Source: Candidatus Zixiibacteriota bacterium (lineage in GTDB: Bacteria; Zixibacteria; MSB-5A5; CAIYYT01). Taken from it: 26,174 nucleotides of DNA. The notes beneath the pieces were generated by a model that saw nothing but the letters and a program-made list of their open reading frames with translations, ran no database searches and was not told where the DNA came from. The position numbers were made by a program, and so were the translations under genes. Below are positions 1-8,910 of the stretch, piece by piece. Where the stretch lies: contig JBECKX010000001.1 of assembly GCA_040235515.1 (NCBI GenBank), positions 1-26,174 of the forward strand. Reading direction: 5' to 3'. Each line of letters begins with the position of its first letter. Positions within the stretch are counted from its first letter, which is position 1.

Positions 1-1251
1 GTTGTTCTTGATACCGAGTATCCGATAATCCTTCAGCGCAAGAATCATCCGTTCGGTCGACTCCTCGCGATCCTTGCCGTAGGTAATCACCTTCGACATG
101 ATCGGATCATAGAAAATCGGTACCTCCACGCCGGAATAAACGCCGGTGTCGATGCGCAGATTGGCGCCCGCCGGCTCACGCAGGTAGACCAGCTTACCCG
201 CAGAGGGAAGAAACCCGCTCGCCGGGTCCTCGGCATAAACACGGCATTCGGTAGCATGACCGCGTTGCTGAATCTCATCTTGTTTGAACGACAACTTCTC
301 ACCGGAAGCAACTTTGATTTGTTCCTTTACCAGGTCAATTCCCGTCACAAGCTCCGTGATCGGGTGCTCCACCTGGATGCGCGTATTCACCTCCAGGAAA
401 TAGAACTTGCCATCCTGGAACAGAAACTCCACCGTGCCGGCAGAGGTGTAGTCTGCTGTCTTTGCCGCCGCCACAGCCGCCTCTCCCATCTGCTTGCGCA
501 ACTCAGGCGTCAGGGCAGGGGAGGGCGTTTCCTCGATAATTTTCTGATGTCGCCGTTGGATCGAACATTCGCGCTCGAAGAGGTGCACGGTGTTGCCATG
601 TTCGTCTGCCATCACCTGCACTTCGATATGACGCGGGCGACCGAGATACTTCTCAAGGTAAACCGTCGCATCACCGAACGCGGATTTGGCCTCGCGCTGC
701 GCGGCTTCGACGGCATCGATCAGATCGCCTTCATTCTCCACCACACGCATGCCCTTGCCGCCACCACCCGCGGCGGCCTTGACGAGCACGGGATAACCGA
801 TCTGACCCGCCAGCTTCCTGAACTCGGCATGATCACCCGACTTGACTTCACCACCCGGCACGGTCGGCACCTTAGCCTTCATCATCATGGCGCGGGCTTC
901 CAGCTTGTTGCCGAGCGAACGGATTGCTGCAGGTATCGGGCCTACGAACTTAAGACCGGCATCACCGACCGCCTTTGCGAACTCGGCATTTTCAGCGAGG
1001 AAGCCGTAACCGGGATGGACCGAGTCACACCCCGTCTTCCTGGCAGCCTCTATGATCTTCTCAACCACGAGGTAGCTTTCATTCGCCGGTGCGGGCCCAA
1101 GCAGAACTGACTCTGCGGCAGAGCGCACATGCAAGGCCTGCGTGTCAGCCTCCGAATAAACTGCAACTGTGGGGATACCGAGTTCCCGCGCTGCCCGCAT
1201 GATGCGGAGCGCGATTTCACCTCTGTTTGCAACTAGGATTTTCTTAAGCAT
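1..1251 (-). CDS. accC: Biotin carboxylase subunit, truncated at the window edge; by context probably the methylcrotonyl-CoA carboxylase alpha subunit (LiuD/MccA)
   Basis: Not in the ORF track because it runs off the left end. Manual translation from ATG 1251 gives MLKKILVANRGEIA, later HPGYGFLAEN, RDCGSGKDSRLHLCRHGG-region-independent motifs FLEVNTRIQVEHP and FYDPIMSKVI. Frame is open to position 1. Confidence 0.93.
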   Translation of the reverse strand, partial: MLKKILVANRGEIALRIMRAARELGIPTVAVYSEADTQALHVRSAAESVLLGPAPANESYLVVEKIIEAARKTGCDSVHPGYGFLAENAEFAKAVGDAGLKFVGPIPAAIRSLGNKLEARAMMMKAKVPTVPGGEVKSGDHAEFRKLAGQIGYPVLVKAAAGGGGKGMRVVENEGDLIDAVEAAQREAKSAFGDATVYLEKYLGRPRHIEVQVMADEHGNTVHLFERECSIQRRHQKIIEETPSPALTPELRKQMGEAAVAAAKTADYTSAGTVEFLFQDGKFYFLEVNTRIQVEHPITELVTGIDLVKEQIKVASGEKLSFKQDEIQQRGHATECRVYAEDPASGFLPSAGKLVYLREPAGANLRIDTGVYSGVEVPIFYDPIMSKVITYGKDREESTERMILALKDYRILGIKNN

Positions 1252-1340
1252 GGTTCCTGTTCAGCATTTTCCGTGATTGAACTTCTACGTTCGTTACAGC
1301 AGCCTCCCGCACCCGAACCGGAAGCTCACGTGTCGCTTGA

Positions 1341-1585
1341 CTCTGGCTCCCCGCTCCCTTGCAAGGGAGAGGAGCTGGGGATGAGGGTGCAAGCAGCACC
1401 ACTGCAATTGCTTTCATCATCCGTTGTCAAGCCCCAAGAGGGCTTGACCTACTTGCTATCGCTGGCGCAGCATGCTGCGCCCCTACGATCATTCATCCAC
1501 AATCCGGCAGCCTGTAGCCCAACCCCTCTTGAGAGGGGTCGTCCCGTCGATTCCGCAACGCGGAATCAAAGGGCGGGGGTGTGTT
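1341..1585. repeat. Composite REP-like palindromic repeat, copy 1 (partial)
   Basis: Near-identical direct repeat of about 2670-2914 and about 3110-3355. Contains hairpins CTCCCTTGCAAGGGAG, GTCAAGCCC..GGGCTTGAC-CTAC, GGCGCAGCATGCTGCGCC-CCTAC and ACCCCTCT..AGAGGGGT. Confidence 0.92.
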
Positions 1586-1609
1586 CTCAAGGCGCACACA
1601 GCCTGAGCC

Positions 1610-2404
1610 CTACTCCTCCTCCGGCACCCACTTCGGCGTGCGCTTATTAAGGAAGGCATCCATCCCCTCCTGTCCTTCCGGCGACTGCCGCAGGTCCGCG
1701 ATCATCCGCGCCGTATATTCCTTAAACTGCTCTACGGTTTGCCCCGGCACATTCTGAAGCAACTCCTTGCAAACCTTGATCGCCTCAGGCCCCGACGAAA
1801 GCAGCTTCTGCACAAGTCCGTTCACCGTTGCATCCAGCATCTCATCAGGCACCGAACGATTCACCAATCCAACCCGTTCGGCTGCGTTGCCATCGATGCG
1901 TTCACCGGTCAGAAACAACTCGCGTGCCCGACCCTCGCCAACACGCTTGATGACGTATGGCGAGATGCACGCCGGCACTACACCGATCTTCACCTCACTG
2001 AATGAGAAAATCGCGTTTTGCGCAGCGATAGCGATATCAGTCACCGCCACAAAACCAGTCCCACCACCGATCGCGGCGCCGTTAATCTTGCCGATGACCG
2101 GTTTGGGGAAAGAGTAGATATCGTAAAACAAGTCAGCCAGGCGGCGGGCTTCATCGAGATTATCCTCATAGGCGGCATCCTTGACGCTCCGCATCCAGTT
2201 GAGATCTGCACCGGCGCAGAATGATTTCCCTTCACCGGTAATCACCACCACGCGCACATCCTCATCCAGCTTCAACTTCTTGAACGCGAAGGTCATTTCG
2301 TCTATGACCTGATCATTAAAGGCGTTGTGTACTTCAGGCCGACAGAAGTGTACTTCCGCGACCGCGCCTTTGTTGATCACTCTGATAGTCTTGGAACCGT
2401 TCAT
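1610..2404 (-). CDS. liuC: Enoyl-CoA hydratase family protein, probable methylglutaconyl-CoA hydratase
   Basis: Crotonase motifs FCAGADLNWM, GAAIGGGTG, FSEVKIGVVPACISPYV and EGQEGMDAFL. Lies between MCC beta and biotin carboxylase genes. Confidence 0.88.
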   Translation of the reverse strand: MNGSKTIRVINKGAVAEVHFCRPEVHNAFNDQVIDEMTFAFKKLKLDEDVRVVVITGEGKSFCAGADLNWMRSVKDAAYEDNLDEARRLADLFYDIYSFPKPVIGKINGAAIGGGTGFVAVTDIAIAAQNAIFSFSEVKIGVVPACISPYVIKRVGEGRARELFLTGERIDGNAAERVGLVNRSVPDEMLDATVNGLVQKLLSSGPEAIKVCKELLQNVPGQTVEQFKEYTARMIADLRQSPEGQEGMDAFLNKRTPKWVPEEE

Positions 2405-2546
2405 CTATCTCCATCCGATTCGGTTGCATTGATCTAACTTCAAGACTGAGTGGCGTTCCCCAGCGGCATGCGCAGCATGCTCTACTCCGCAGGCGTCATT
2501 CCCGTGCAGGCGGGAATCCGGCAGGTCGGGTTCCCTTGGATGCCGA

Positions 2547-2914
2547 GAGTCAAGTTCCAGGTGAACTTGACCTACAATGCCTGCATCAATGTGTCTCTTC
2601 AATGGCCTCAACCCTGACCCATCTCCCACTCATGGGAGAGGGGAACTGGAAATCGGCTGATCGCCTAAGCTCCGGCTCACCTCTCCCTTGCAAGGGAAAG
2701 GGGCTGGGGGTGAGGGTGCACGGAGCACCACTGCAATTGCTTTCATCATCCGTTGTCAAGCCCCAAGAGGGCTTGACCTACTTGCTTTCACTGGCGCAGC
2801 ATGCTGCGCCCCTACGATCATTCATCCACAATCCGGCAGCCGGTAGCCCAACCCCTCTCGAGAGGGGTCGTCCCGTCTATTCCGCTACGCGGAATCAAGG
2901 GGCGGGGGTGTGTT
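2547..2914. repeat. Composite REP-like palindromic repeat, copy 2
   Basis: About 370 bp unit duplicated in tandem at 2987-3355 (offset 440-441 bp). Made of at least six hairpin modules; degenerate homology extends left to about 2516. Confidence 0.95.
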
Positions 2915-2986
2915 CCGGAAAACACTCGCAGAAAGTCCCTGCGCCCCAGGCGATCATCCAGTAAGTCGGATTTCCAGGACACCCAA

Positions 2987-3355
2987 GAGTCAAGTTCCAG
3001 GTGAACTTGACCTACAAGGCATGCATCTATGTGTCTCTTCAATGGCCTCACCCCTGACCCATCTCCCACTCATGGGAGAGGGGAACTGGAAATCGGCTGA
3101 TCGCCTAAGCTCCGGCTCACCTCTCCCTTGCAAGGGAGAGGGGCTGGGGGTGAGGGGGGCACGGAGCACCACTGCAATTGCTTTCATCATCCGTTGTCAA
3201 GCCCCAAGAGGGCTTGACCTACTTTCTTTCGCTGGCGCAGCATGCTGCGCCCCTACGATCATTCATCCACAATCCGGCATTCGGTAGCCCAACCCCTCTC
3301 GAGAGGGGTCGTCCCGTCAATTCCGCTACGCGGAATCAAGGGGCGGGGGTGTGTT
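2987..3355. repeat. Composite REP-like palindromic repeat, copy 3
   Basis: Direct repeat of 2547-2914 with scattered substitutions and a 1-bp indel in the G-run near 3154. Confidence 0.95.
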
Positions 3356-3369
3356 GGCCGGGACCCGAG

Positions 3370-4977
3370 CTACATCCTGAACACACCAAACTTGGCGTCC
3401 GGTATCGGGCGATTCAACGCCACCGCGATCGAAAGACCCAGCAAATCTCGCGTCTTCTTCGGGTCGATGATCCCATCATCCCAGATACGCGCAGTCGAAT
3501 AGTAGGCGCTCGACTCCATCAAATACTTTTCCAGCACCGGGCGCTTGAATTCCGCCTCTTCTTCCGGCGTCATCTTGCCGCCCCTCTTCTCGATCGCACG
3601 TTTCTTCACCGTTGTCAGGACATCCGCCGCCTGTTCACCACCCATCACGCAGATTTTGCCATTGGGCCACATCCAGAGGAAATTCGGGTCATAGCCGCGT
3701 CCACACATGGCGTAGTTGCCCGCGCCATAAGACCCTCCGACGATCACCGTGAACTTCGGCACCTGTGCATTCGCTACAGCGTGCACCAGCTTGGCGCCGT
3801 CACGGGCAATGCCGCCATGCTCATACTTCTTACCAACGATGAATCCGGTGATGTTCTGCAGGAAGAGCAGGGGGATCTTGCGGATCGCGCACATCTCGAT
3901 AAAATGCGCACCCTTCAGCGAACTCTCACTGAACAACACGCCGTTGTTTGCCAGGATTCCTACCGGGTAGCCATGAATCCGCGCAAATCCGCACACCAGC
4001 GTAATACCATACAGCGCCTTAAACTCCTGGAAGCGGCTGCCGTCGACGATGCGGGCAATCACTTCGCGGATATCATACGGTTGTCGCAGGTCAGCAGGCA
4101 CGACGCCATACAACTCCGTCGGATCATAGTGAGGTTCCTCAACCTCATGCCGATCTATCGGAAACTTCTGATTCCGGTCAAGTGCCTCGACAATGTTGCG
4201 CGTGATCGCGATCGCGTGCGCATCATCAAGGGCATAATGGTCGGCCGTTCCCGAGATGCGACAGTGAACATCCGCTCCACCAAGCTCTTCATCCGTCACC
4301 GACTCCCCGGTAGCTGCCTTCACCAGCGGCGGGCCACCGATGAAAATCGTTCCTTGCTCCTTGACGATAATCGCCTCATCCGACATCGCGGGCACATACG
4401 CCCCACCCGCCGTGCAACTTCCCATGACGCAGGCAATCTGCGGAATTCCCTCCGCGGACATCGTCGCCTGGTTGTAGAAAATCTTGCCGAAGTGATCCTT
4501 GTCCGGAAATGTGCCTGACTGTTCCGGCAGGAAAATCCCACCCGAGTCAACCAGGTAGATGCAGGGGAGCTTGTTCTTGAGTGCCACCTCCTGCGCGCGG
4601 ACATGCTTCTTGATCGTCATCGGGTAGTAGGTGCCGCCCTTGACCGTTGCGTCATTGGCGACCACCAGCACCTCCCGGCCATGCACGACCCCGATGCCCG
4701 TGACCATCCCGGCCGCCGGGGCATCGTTGTCATACATATCCCACGCAGCTAAAGGGGACAATTCTATGAACGGAGTATTGTCGTCGAACAGCTTGTTAAG
4801 GCGTTCTCGTACCGTCAGCTTGCCACGCTCTTTGTGGCGGTCGATGGCACGCTGCGGGCCGCCGGGACGTACCTTCTCCAGGCGCTCGCGCAGTTCATCG
4901 ACCAGCTTCCGGTTCTCTTCGAAATTGCGTTTGTAGTCGTCCGACTTAGTGTCGATCTTCGATTCTATGCGATACAT
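3370..4977 (-). CDS. liuB: Methylcrotonyl-CoA carboxylase beta (carboxyltransferase) subunit
   Basis: Motifs [66 protein letters not shown] and C-terminal FGVFRM, typical of MccB/LiuB. Confidence 0.92.
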   Translation of the reverse strand: MYRIESKIDTKSDDYKRNFEENRKLVDELRERLEKVRPGGPQRAIDRHKERGKLTVRERLNKLFDDNTPFIELSPLAAWDMYDNDAPAAGMVTGIGVVHGREVLVVANDATVKGGTYYPMTIKKHVRAQEVALKNKLPCIYLVDSGGIFLPEQSGTFPDKDHFGKIFYNQATMSAEGIPQIACVMGSCTAGGAYVPAMSDEAIIVKEQGTIFIGGPPLVKAATGESVTDEELGGADVHCRISGTADHYALDDAHAIAITRNIVEALDRNQKFPIDRHEVEEPHYDPTELYGVVPADLRQPYDIREVIARIVDGSRFQEFKALYGITLVCGFARIHGYPVGILANNGVLFSESSLKGAHFIEMCAIRKIPLLFLQNITGFIVGKKYEHGGIARDGAKLVHAVANAQVPKFTVIVGGSYGAGNYAMCGRGYDPNFLWMWPNGKICVMGGEQAADVLTTVKKRAIEKRGGKMTPEEEAEFKRPVLEKYLMESSAYYSTARIWDDGIIDPKKTRDLLGLSIAVALNRPIPDAKFGVFRM

Positions 4978-5003
4978 CTAGGTATTCTTGAATCTCCAAC
5001 CGA

Positions 5004-5399
5004 CTAATTGTAAACCGGAACGAATTTGTAGCCGTACGCCAGCACGCCATGATGAGCATCGGTCTGCACGCGGCGGAACTCAATCTGCAGTTCCATGCCG
5101 GTCTTGATCTCATCGGTTGGAATGTCGACGATCTGCGCCGTCACATTCACCCCCTCAGGCATCTCGCAGATACCGAGCGCATAAGGCGCCTGATCCTTGA
5201 ACTGGCTGGCCGGGGTATGGATTACGGTATGGCTGATCAACTTGCCCTTGTCGGACAGCTTGATCGTCTCGAACTCGCGGCTCTTGCACTCGCGACAAAC
5301 AAGACGGTGCGGGAAATATACCACGCCGCACTTCTTGCACTTGCACGCCTCGAGGCGGTAGCGGTGCGGTATCTCACGATGATATCTTGCCGGATTCAT
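5004..5399 (-). CDS. DUF35 Zn-ribbon/OB-fold protein (thiolase/HMG-CoA synthase scaffold)
   Basis: CxxC-GxxxFP-R-xCxxC zinc ribbon followed by OB-fold ending YGYKFVP. Its ATG directly abuts the thiolase TAA. Confidence 0.92.
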   Translation of the reverse strand: MNPARYHREIPHRYRLEACKCKKCGVVYFPHRLVCRECKSREFETIKLSDKGKLISHTVIHTPASQFKDQAPYALGICEMPEGVNVTAQIVDIPTDEIKTGMELQIEFRRVQTDAHHGVLAYGYKFVPVYN

Positions 5400-6554
5400 T
5401 TATGCAACCTCCATCACATGCACGACTGAACTGCCGCCGGAGCCGCCCATATTCTGGGTGACACCAACTTTGGCATCCTTGACCTGGTTGTGGGCCTCAC
5501 CGCGCAACTGCTGCACGATCTCGATTCCCTGCGCGATTCCGGTTGCGCCGACCGGGTGCCCCTTCGATTTCAGACCGCCCGACGGATTGATCGGATGCTT
5601 GCCATCCACGCGCGTCTCGCCGTTGGCCGCTGCCTCAGCGCCCTTGCCGCAGGCGAAGAAGCCCATCGACTCGCTGACGATAATCTCCGCTATCGAGAAA
5701 CAATCATGCACCTCGGTCACGTCGATGTCGTGCACATCCTTGCCCGCCATCTGGAGGGCCTTCTGCGTGGCCATCTTAACCGCATCCAGCGTCGTCAGGT
5801 CGCGGCGATCATGCAGCGCGATCGAATCAGTCGCCATCGCCGAACCGATAATCTTGACCGGAGCCTTGTCGCTCAGTTCCTTCGCCCGATCGAGCGGGCA
5901 CAGGATCATCGCCGCCGCGCCGTCGGTGATCGGAGAACAGTCGAGGATTCGCAACGGCTCGGCGATCATCACCGAGTTGTTGACCTGCTCGATGCTCAGC
6001 TTCATCCGGTACTGGGCGTTCGGATTCTTGTTGCCGTTGTCATGCGCCTTGACCGGGATCGCCGAAAGCTGATCGCGCGTCATGCCGAAACGGTCCATAT
6101 AGTTGCGCGCCATCAGGGCGTAAAGGCCCGGGAAGGTCGCACCATGATAAACTTCATATTCCTGGTCGGCGGCGGTGGCCAGCGCGTAGGTCGCACCATC
6201 ACCCGACACATCGGTCATCTTCTCGACACCTCCCACCAGCACGATGTCACTTATGCCGGAGGCAACCTCGATGAACCCGGCGCGCAACGCGCAGCCACCC
6301 GAAGCGCACGCCGACTCAACGCGCATCGCGCTCAGGTAACGCTGACCGAGGTAGTCAGCCATGATCGAACCGATATGCTCCTGTCCGACGAACAAACCGC
6401 CCGACATGCAGCCGATATACATATTATCCAGTTTGTCGACTTTCGTCTCGTCGAGGGCGTTGAGCGCCGCCTCGACAAACAGATCGCGGAATGACTTCTC
6501 CCAAAGCTCACCCCACGGCTGCAAGCCGACGCCAATGATTGCTACATCTCTCAT
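5400..6554 (-). CDS. Archaeal-type (SCP2-thiolase-like) acetyl-CoA acetyltransferase
   Basis: ESACASGG catalytic Cys, [32 protein letters not shown] and C-terminal QNMGGSG. Confidence 0.93.
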   Translation of the reverse strand: MRDVAIIGVGLQPWGELWEKSFRDLFVEAALNALDETKVDKLDNMYIGCMSGGLFVGQEHIGSIMADYLGQRYLSAMRVESACASGGCALRAGFIEVASGISDIVLVGGVEKMTDVSGDGATYALATAADQEYEVYHGATFPGLYALMARNYMDRFGMTRDQLSAIPVKAHDNGNKNPNAQYRMKLSIEQVNNSVMIAEPLRILDCSPITDGAAAMILCPLDRAKELSDKAPVKIIGSAMATDSIALHDRRDLTTLDAVKMATQKALQMAGKDVHDIDVTEVHDCFSIAEIIVSESMGFFACGKGAEAAANGETRVDGKHPINPSGGLKSKGHPVGATGIAQGIEIVQQLRGEAHNQVKDAKVGVTQNMGGSGGSSVVHVMEVA

Positions 6555-6568
6555 CTATCTATCTCCAA

Positions 6569-7624
6569 TCAGACATTCTTCAAGATTTTGCGACGGAACT
6601 TGGCGTAGGTGCCATAGTTGATATAGTACTTCCGCTCATCGAGCAGCGTGAAGGTATCAACCGTGAGCTTCTGAACTTCTTTGATCCGGTCCGTAACCTG
6701 CCAGACAAAACCATCCGACCCGGCGCCGGAACCGTAGGAGACCATGAAAATCTTGTCTCCCGGCTTGGCGGCATCGAGAATCGCCGTCAGACCCAGCGGG
6801 GAAGCACCCGAATAGGTATTACCGAGACGCGGCGTCAGGCGACCACGATCCATCTGCGCTTCCGTGAAACCGAGCATCTTGCCCGCGCGGTGCGGGAACT
6901 TGCCGTTCGGCTGATGGAAGACCGCCCATTCGAAATCGGACGGCTTCATACCGCACTTCTTCAGCAGATCATTGGCAGCGCCGAGGGTATGCTTGAAGTA
7001 GGCCGGCTCACCCGTAAAGCGGCCGCCATGCTGCGGGTAAAACTCATGCTCGCGACGCCAGAAATCGGGCGTGTCGGTCATGTAACTGGTCGTATAGAGA
7101 CATTCGGCGATCAGGTTCTCCGAGCCGAACACGAACGCAGCCGCGCCGGCACCGGCGGAGTACTCGAGCGCATCACCGGGTGCGCCCTGCGACGTATCGG
7201 CGGCGATTCCCATACCCCATTCGATCTCACCCGCTTTGACCAGCGACTGGGCCACGAACATGCCCTCGGTCCCGGCTTTACAGGCGAACTCGAAATCTGC
7301 CACGCGGCAGAAGGGGGTTGCGCCGATCGCTTCGGCTACTACCGTTCCCGATGGCTTTACGGCATACGGGTGCGATTCCGAACCGATATACATGCAGCCG
7401 ATCTTGGTGCCGGGCACACCCGCGCGTTTCAGGGCGCGTTTGGCGGCTTCGACCGACAGGGTGATCGTGTCCTGATCCGGCGGCGGGACTGATTTCTCCC
7501 ACAACTCAAGACCTTTCTTGTACGACGGTGCATCGGCGCCCCAGGTATCGGCGATCTCTTCGACCTTCACCCGGTAGCGTGGGATATGCGCGCCGTAACC
7601 GACGATGCCAACTTTTTTCGACAT
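6569..7624 (-). CDS. mvaS: Archaeal-type hydroxymethylglutaryl-CoA synthase
   Basis: Motifs IGSESHPYAVKP (Glu), EFACKAGT (Cys), FHQPNGKFP (His), GNTYSG and SYGSGAGSD; 351 aa. RBS-like GAGG upstream. Confidence 0.93.
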   Translation of the reverse strand: MSKKVGIVGYGAHIPRYRVKVEEIADTWGADAPSYKKGLELWEKSVPPPDQDTITLSVEAAKRALKRAGVPGTKIGCMYIGSESHPYAVKPSGTVVAEAIGATPFCRVADFEFACKAGTEGMFVAQSLVKAGEIEWGMGIAADTSQGAPGDALEYSAGAGAAAFVFGSENLIAECLYTTSYMTDTPDFWRREHEFYPQHGGRFTGEPAYFKHTLGAANDLLKKCGMKPSDFEWAVFHQPNGKFPHRAGKMLGFTEAQMDRGRLTPRLGNTYSGASPLGLTAILDAAKPGDKIFMVSYGSGAGSDGFVWQVTDRIKEVQKLTVDTFTLLDERKYYINYGTYAKFRRKILKNV

Positions 7625-7867
7625 GAGTTACCTCGCTGTATCGTTAAAGTAGAAGTTTAAAGTCATGCTGTATTTCTGCCCTGATAATCCGAACTCGTGC
7701 GCGGGGTACGTCGCCGTGCACCGCGAGCAGTCTCTGCTTTGCAGGGGCATGCTGTGCATGCCCAATCGGAATCCTGTGCGCTGTGTACGTCCTCGTGCAC
7801 AGCACCGATTCAGCCGTAATCGCGCCCCGATTACGCCATTTCTACGCAAAAGAGGAGCGAAGCGCTA

Positions 7868-7896
7868 ATTTTATCGATAATGGAGGACAAAGTCAA
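7868..7896 (-). promoter_or_regulatory. Sigma70-type promoter for the HMGS-thiolase-DUF35-liu run
   Basis: Minus strand reads TTGACT-N17-TAAAAT. Confidence 0.7.
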
Positions 7897-7914
7897 GGGG
7901 GAAAGGGGGGGCGG

Positions 7915-8910
7915 CTAAGTCACCAGCGTGCCTAAGAAGAAATAACCATACTCGTCAGTGTTCCCGATGCTTCCAGTTATCTTCTCAGCAAATGAATCAT
8001 TTTCAACATAGACCGCCAGCCCGTCTGGTGAAGCATACAAACAGATGTTTCCAGTCTGATTTTTTGTCACAAAAGGCAGCTTTCGACTGTTCCAGGCGGC
8101 GTAGGCAAGATTCTCTGAAGGGGCACAACCGAGAACGCTCATGCTTGGATTCAGATGCGACAGGAAACTGAAGTCAGCCTCGGATTGTCTGCCGTGATGA
8201 GGTGCGAGCAGGAACCTGCAGTTTTCAAGAATGCCCTGGAAGGTTGCGACTGCAGACTCCCAAGCACGATCGCGGGCATCACCAGGAAAGATTATGTTCC
8301 CTGCCGGAGTCTGAAAAGCTATCATGTAGGAGGCATCGTTGATTTTCGTCGCTGTCTCTGAGAGATTCGCCTCCTGTACAAGTTGAGAGTTTGGGCCGCA
8401 GATTTCGATATTGTCACCCTTTCCCCCTTCATCATCCGAATTCCAGTACTTGCCGGTCGAGCCGGCCTCCGGCTGTATCACAGTTATGTCTGTGCGAGCA
8501 CCTGAGATGAGGGATTCATACGCATTCCAATCCTCTTCCAAGTACGGAGAGCCAGCGAAGTCAGGTTTTGATTTCCGAACTCCTGAATCCCAGAAATTGA
8601 CAACTTCAAACTCCGACAGCAGTCTTGCGAGTCCGTCCATGTGATCCATATCTGGGTGTGTGAGGATAAATCTAAATACCGAAGATGTCCTCAGCTTGTC
8701 TCGCAAATATTTGAGAGGATTGGTAGGATGTTTGCACATTCTGAAATTGCCTCTCCCCTTTGGCCTCTGAAAAAACGCATCGGCCACTATCTCCTCCAGA
8801 GTTGGTTCACGGTTTCCCATACAAATGTCTACCATTGTTATACGACCGCTATCTGAGCGAATAATACTGCAGTCACCCTGCCCTACGTTTAGGATATGCA
8901 CTTCACTCAT
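7915..8910 (-). CDS. Stand-alone ComEC/Rec2-type metallo-beta-lactamase-fold hydrolase
   Basis: Motifs NVGQGD, THPDMDHMDG, NDAS, PGDA and APHHG. No membrane competence domain and no signal peptide. Start placed at ATG 8910, overlapping the upstream gene's TGA; the ORF track extends to 8943. Confidence 0.87.
   Translation of the reverse strand: MSEVHILNVGQGDCSIIRSDSGRITMVDICMGNREPTLEEIVADAFFQRPKGRGNFRMCKHPTNPLKYLRDKLRTSSVFRFILTHPDMDHMDGLARLLSEFEVVNFWDSGVRKSKPDFAGSPYLEEDWNAYESLISGARTDITVIQPEAGSTGKYWNSDDEGGKGDNIEICGPNSQLVQEANLSETATKINDASYMIAFQTPAGNIIFPGDARDRAWESAVATFQGILENCRFLLAPHHGRQSEADFSFLSHLNPSMSVLGCAPSENLAYAAWNSRKLPFVTKNQTGNICLYASPDGLAVYVENDSFAEKITGSIGNTDEYGYFFLGTLVT

Noticed and set aside
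1273..3287. Repeat-encoded ORFs (1273-1650, 2536-2964, 2910-3287) as a paralogous protein family
   Set aside because: Similarity simply reflects the DNA repeat. Starts and ends differ, copy 3 is frameshifted, there are no RBSs, and they are antisense to the operon.
1341..3355. CRISPR array
   Set aside because: Units are hundreds of bp with conserved linkers. There are no short identical repeats with unique spacers and no cas genes.
256..7492. Long plus-strand ORFs 256-1110, 3178-4518, 5490-6494 and 6539-7492
   Set aside because: Antisense shadows of well-supported GC-rich genes, with no recognisable motifs.
5004..7624. PhlABC-type acyltransferase (DAPG biosynthesis)
   Set aside because: The HMGS keeps the catalytic Glu/Cys/His motifs, there is no PhlD type III PKS, and the neighbours are HMG-CoA-related.
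7915..8910. Genuine ComEC competence channel or antibiotic-resistance beta-lactamase
   Set aside because: No multi-TM competence domain and no signal peptide. Motifs are ComEC-like rather than class B beta-lactamase.
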